Made by a program: the position numbers and the translations under genes. The notes under the pieces are model-generated. The model saw only the letters and a program-made list of their open reading frames with translations, did no database searches and was not told where the DNA came from. DNA of 64,000 nucleotides. It comes from the human T2T-CHM13v2.0 reference genome, Homo sapiens. The DNA lies in assembly GCF_009914755.1 (NCBI RefSeq), contig NC_060937.1. One strand, written 5' to 3'. Shown here in pieces: positions 56,106-64,000 of this stretch. The number at the start of each line of letters is the position of its first letter. Position 1 is the stretch's first letter.

Positions 56106-57171
56106 TCAATTCCAGCTGAAAACTAACAGCTTCCAAATATATATCTTTAGCACAACACTTTATAGTTGCTAACAACTCAGTTTCCTTTGAAAGTGGAGAC
56201 AGATCTTTTTCATCTTTTGTATCTCTTTAAATACCTAACAGAACGCCTGGTACACAAATATTAGATAGAAGAAAAATGTACATCAGTTAAAAGTTCTTAA
56301 TTTCTATATCAATTTTAGAATTGTGTTCTAATGAAATATATTGTACTAGAAGATGTACTGGAAGCATGAACGTAGATATTTCCTTCCCTGATACGTATTT
56401 GTACTTCTGTCTTCATGACCAGCAGACCAGCCTCACAATTAGTCCATTTGTAACTAAAGTCTCTATCAGACAGAAGTGCATACTGGGGTTTTAGATGACA
56501 TTTTACACAATAATTGTTTTCTTCATTTTTCTGGGACAGACTGATTTTGAGCATAAGTCTGTGTAGTAGAAATACGAAAATATTTGGGAATTCTTTTTTC
56601 TTTAGTGGGAGCCTTTTATTGCTAGAAATGAATATCCCATAGAGCTAAAGAAAGACCTATGAAATTTAGCTTTTAAAAACAAAGCTGTGTTTAAGTTCTT
56701 TGGAAACAGAAGGTATTGCTTAAAAATGACACAGCAGATGTTATGAAATTTGTTTTAAAGCATTACTCTCAGGTTAAGTCATGTTTGCCAAGTTACAACC
56801 CAGAACACGTTTTTACAACTCAGCAGTGCTCTGAAATTGAGGGTCTGTGATGATAAAAGGGTACTCATGTTGTGCAGTGGACCACGAGTGCTCTGTCAAG
56901 CTGTGGGTGAGGAAATGAACCTCACATCACCTTAGAAGAGTCGAGCATCTCTTCCTGAGTTGACTGAGTGAAGCCAAAGTAAAGTTGAAAATGCAAGCTA
57001 CATTGTCCCCTAAGATTTACTTTTGTTTTAATAGATGCTGTGTGTTGCTCTCACTCAGTTTTGGAGTTATCTGTGGGTTTTCTTCAATGTGTATTTGATG
57101 TTTCTTTAGGGCAAAGTTACGCCACTCGAAAACGATCGTGTTGAAAGTGTGTCATATTCAGAATGGGATAG

Positions 57172-57505
<334 letters not shown>

Positions 57506-57873
57506 AGATCTGAGCCATTTGATCCCTGCCTTCATCCCTATTAACTGATAATTTATCTATTCATTAGGGGGCTCTGTGAGGTGGGTTCTGACTGATGTTG
57601 GAGGGGATGCGCTATAATTCCTGCCTCTGCATTTAAGTGTATGAGTGTTTCACCAGGGATGTCCAAACTGTCCCACTTTGGGTAAAGGACAAAAAGCAGG
57701 CCAAACAAGATTTTCTTTTGTCTGACACAATTTAAAAAAATATTGCAAGGTAAAATATTTAACAGAATGATTGTACTGGGTTGGTAGTGTGTGCGTGTGT
57801 GTGGTTTGCTTGATTTTGAGGCTTCATAATCTTTTAAAAAGATGGAGATGTATGACCTTCAAAGCCTTTTTCT

Positions 57874-58157
57874 TTTTTTTTTTTTGGAGATGGAGTCTGG
57901 CTCTGTTGCCCAGGCTGGAGTGCAGGGGCGCGATCTTGGCTCACTGCAAGCTCCACCTCCCATTCTCCTGCCTCAGCCTCCCGAGTAACTGGGACTACAG
58001 GCGCCCGCCACCACACCTGGCTAATCTTTTGTACTTTTTTAGTAGAGGTGAGGTTTCACTGTGTTAGCCAGGATGGTCTTGATCTCCTGACCTCATGATC
58101 CACCCGCCTCAGCCTCCAAAGTGCTGGGATTACAGGCGTGAGCCACTGCGCCTGGCA
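57874..58157 (-). mobile_element. AluY with small deletion
   Basis: ctgcaagctcc..gttagccaggatggtcttgatctcc; TSD CCTTTTTCT. Confidence 0.9.
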
Positions 58158-58292
58158 CCTTTTTCTCATTTTTATTAGTAGGTAGTGTCAGCTTGGGTTC
58201 TTACTGTGCACAGCCTATCTTGGCACAGGGTGGCATCTCTTTAGTTATGAGACATTCAATTTGGCTTTATGGGTGGAATTTACTTGATGCCT

Positions 58293-58352
58293 ATGAAAAA
58301 TAAGTTAAAAGGCAATGGAAACAACAAATGGAAACATTTCTCTCTCTCTCTG

Positions 58353-58386
<34 letters not shown>

Positions 58387-58536
58387 CTTCCACCTGTGTT
58401 ATGCAGATGTACTGGGAATGAAAAATAAGTCAAAAGGCAATGGAAACAACAAATGGAAACACCTCTCTCTCTCTCTCTCTCTCCCTCCTCCTCTCCTTCC
58501 CCTTTCTTCCACCTGTGTCATGCAGGTGTACTGGGA
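58293..58536. repeat. Two-copy tandem duplication (125 + 119 bp), each copy holding a CT tract
   Basis: ATGAAAAATAAGT(T/C)AAAAGGCAATGGAAACAACAAATGGAAACA-(CT)n-CTTCCACCTGTGT(T/C)ATGCAG(A/G)TGTACTGGGA twice. Confidence 0.95.
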
Positions 58537-59148
58537 CACAGCATACAGTGCGATGCTCTCCTTTGTGCCTGGGAGATGCTCCCTCCATCCCCCTCCTCTG
58601 CCATAGCCTATTTGATGACGTCTGTGACTGTATGGGGCCACAGTTTGGGTCTCAACTTTGTGTGAAGCACAGACTTTTTTTTAGTCTGTTTTTTTTTTTC
58701 GCATCAAAATGAGGACCAAATATTTGATGACTCCTGATAGAAAATATTCTTCAAAGAATACCCAGGGCTGAAAACATTAAAAGTTAGCACAAAGTGTTAA
58801 GTGGTTGGTAATATTAGTATTAGATAGGCTCAGGTTTGGGACTGTTTCTATCAAACATAGGACATATCAATCAAATGTTGTTGTAGCGTAAGTCCAGAGA
58901 AGATTTTTTTTTCTTTTAGAAAATTTTCTTTTTTTTATTATTATTATACTTTTAAGTTTTAGGGTACATGTGCACAACGTGCAGGTTTGTTACATATGTA
59001 TACATGTGCCATATTGGTGTGCTGCACCCATTAACTCGTCATTTAGCATTAGGTATATCTCCTAATGCTATCCCTCCCCCCTCCCCCCACCCCACAACAG
59101 TCCCCGGAGTGTGATGTTCCCCTTCCTGTGTCCATGTGTTCTCATTGT

Positions 59149-62970
<3,822 letters not shown>

Positions 62971-63018
62971 TTATTTTGCTCGTTAGTTGATGCAGTTTCT
63001 TCCTAGCCTTGATGGTCT

Positions 63019-64000
63019 TTACAGTTTGGCATGTTTTTGCAGTGGCTGGTACTGGTTGTTCCTTTCTATGTTTAGTGCTTCCTTCAGGAGCTCTTTTAGG
63101 GCAGGCCTGGTGTGACAAAATCTCTCAGCATTTGCTTGTCTGTAAAGTATTTTATTTCTCCTTCACTTACGAAGCTTAGTTTGGCTGGATATGAAATTCT
63201 GGGTTGAAAATTCTTTTCTTTAAGAATGTTGAATATTGGCCCCCACTCTCTTCTGGCTTGTAGAGTTTCTGCCGAGACATCAGCTGTTAGTCTGATGGGC
63301 TTCCCTTTGTGGGCAACCCGACCTTTCTCTCTGGCTGCCCTTAACATTTTTTCCTTCATTTCAACTTTTGGTGAATGTGACAATTATGTGTCTTGAAGTT
63401 GCTCTTCTCAAGGAGTATCTTTGTGGCGTTCTCTGTATTTCCTGAATTTGAATGTTGGCCTGCCTTGCTGGATTTGGGGAAGTTCTCCTGGATAATATCC
63501 TGCAGAGTGTTTTCCAACTTAGTTCCATTCTCCCCGTCACTTTCAGGTCCACCAATTAGACATAGATTTGGTCTTTTCACATAGTCCCATATTTCTTGGA
63601 GGCTTTGTTCGTTTCTTTTTATTCTTTTTTCTCTAAACTTCTCTTCACGCTTCATTTCATTCATTTCATCTTCCATCGCTGATACCCTTTCCTCCAGTTG
63701 ATTGCATCGGTTACTGAGGCTTGTGCATTCATCGTGTAGTTCTTGTGCCGTGGTTTTCAGCTCCATCAGCTCCTTCAAGGACTTCTCTGCATTGATTATT
63801 TTAGTTATCCATTCGTCTAATTTTTTTTCAAAGTTTTTAACTTCTTTGCCATTGGTTCAAACTTCCTCCTTTAGCTCGGAGAAGTTTGATCTTCTGAAGC
63901 CTTCCTCTCTCAACTCGTCAAAGTCATTCTCTGTCCAGTTTTGTTCTGTTGCTGGTGAGGAGCTGCATTCCTTTGGAGGTGCTCTGATTTTTAGAGTTTC
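63019..64000 (-). pseudogene. Disrupted L1 ORF1 (start just outside the window)
   Basis: Fragments EQSLQEIWDYVKRPNL and RAAREKGRV..YPAKLSF..EGEIKYF in different frames; stop codon at 63019-63021. Confidence 0.93.

Overview
Primate (most likely human) genomic DNA, not microbial. The window lies inside ATP8A2, the neuronal/photoreceptor P4-ATPase phosphatidylserine flippase, on the + strand. Five short GT-AG coding exons (3041-3163, 5420-5498, 26073-26134, 26682-26738, 28179-28286; 429 nt, 143 codons) splice in frame into part of the C-terminal transmembrane region. The next exon lies beyond a >35 kb intron. The rest is intron dominated by transposon fossils: about 20 Alus (many with visible TSDs), MaLR/ERV LTRs, hAT-Charlie DNA elements, L2/MIR, old L1M pieces and a disrupted antisense L1PA running off the right edge. 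Nearly all ORFs in the supplied track are spurious. I found no new multi-gene system. The most unusual items are a tail-less 83-bp L1 5' terminus with a perfect 16-bp TSD, a template-switch hairpin scar 300 bp away, several local duplications and palindromes, nested insertions and candidate enhancer motif clusters. Gene and repeat names come from recalled sequences, not database searches.
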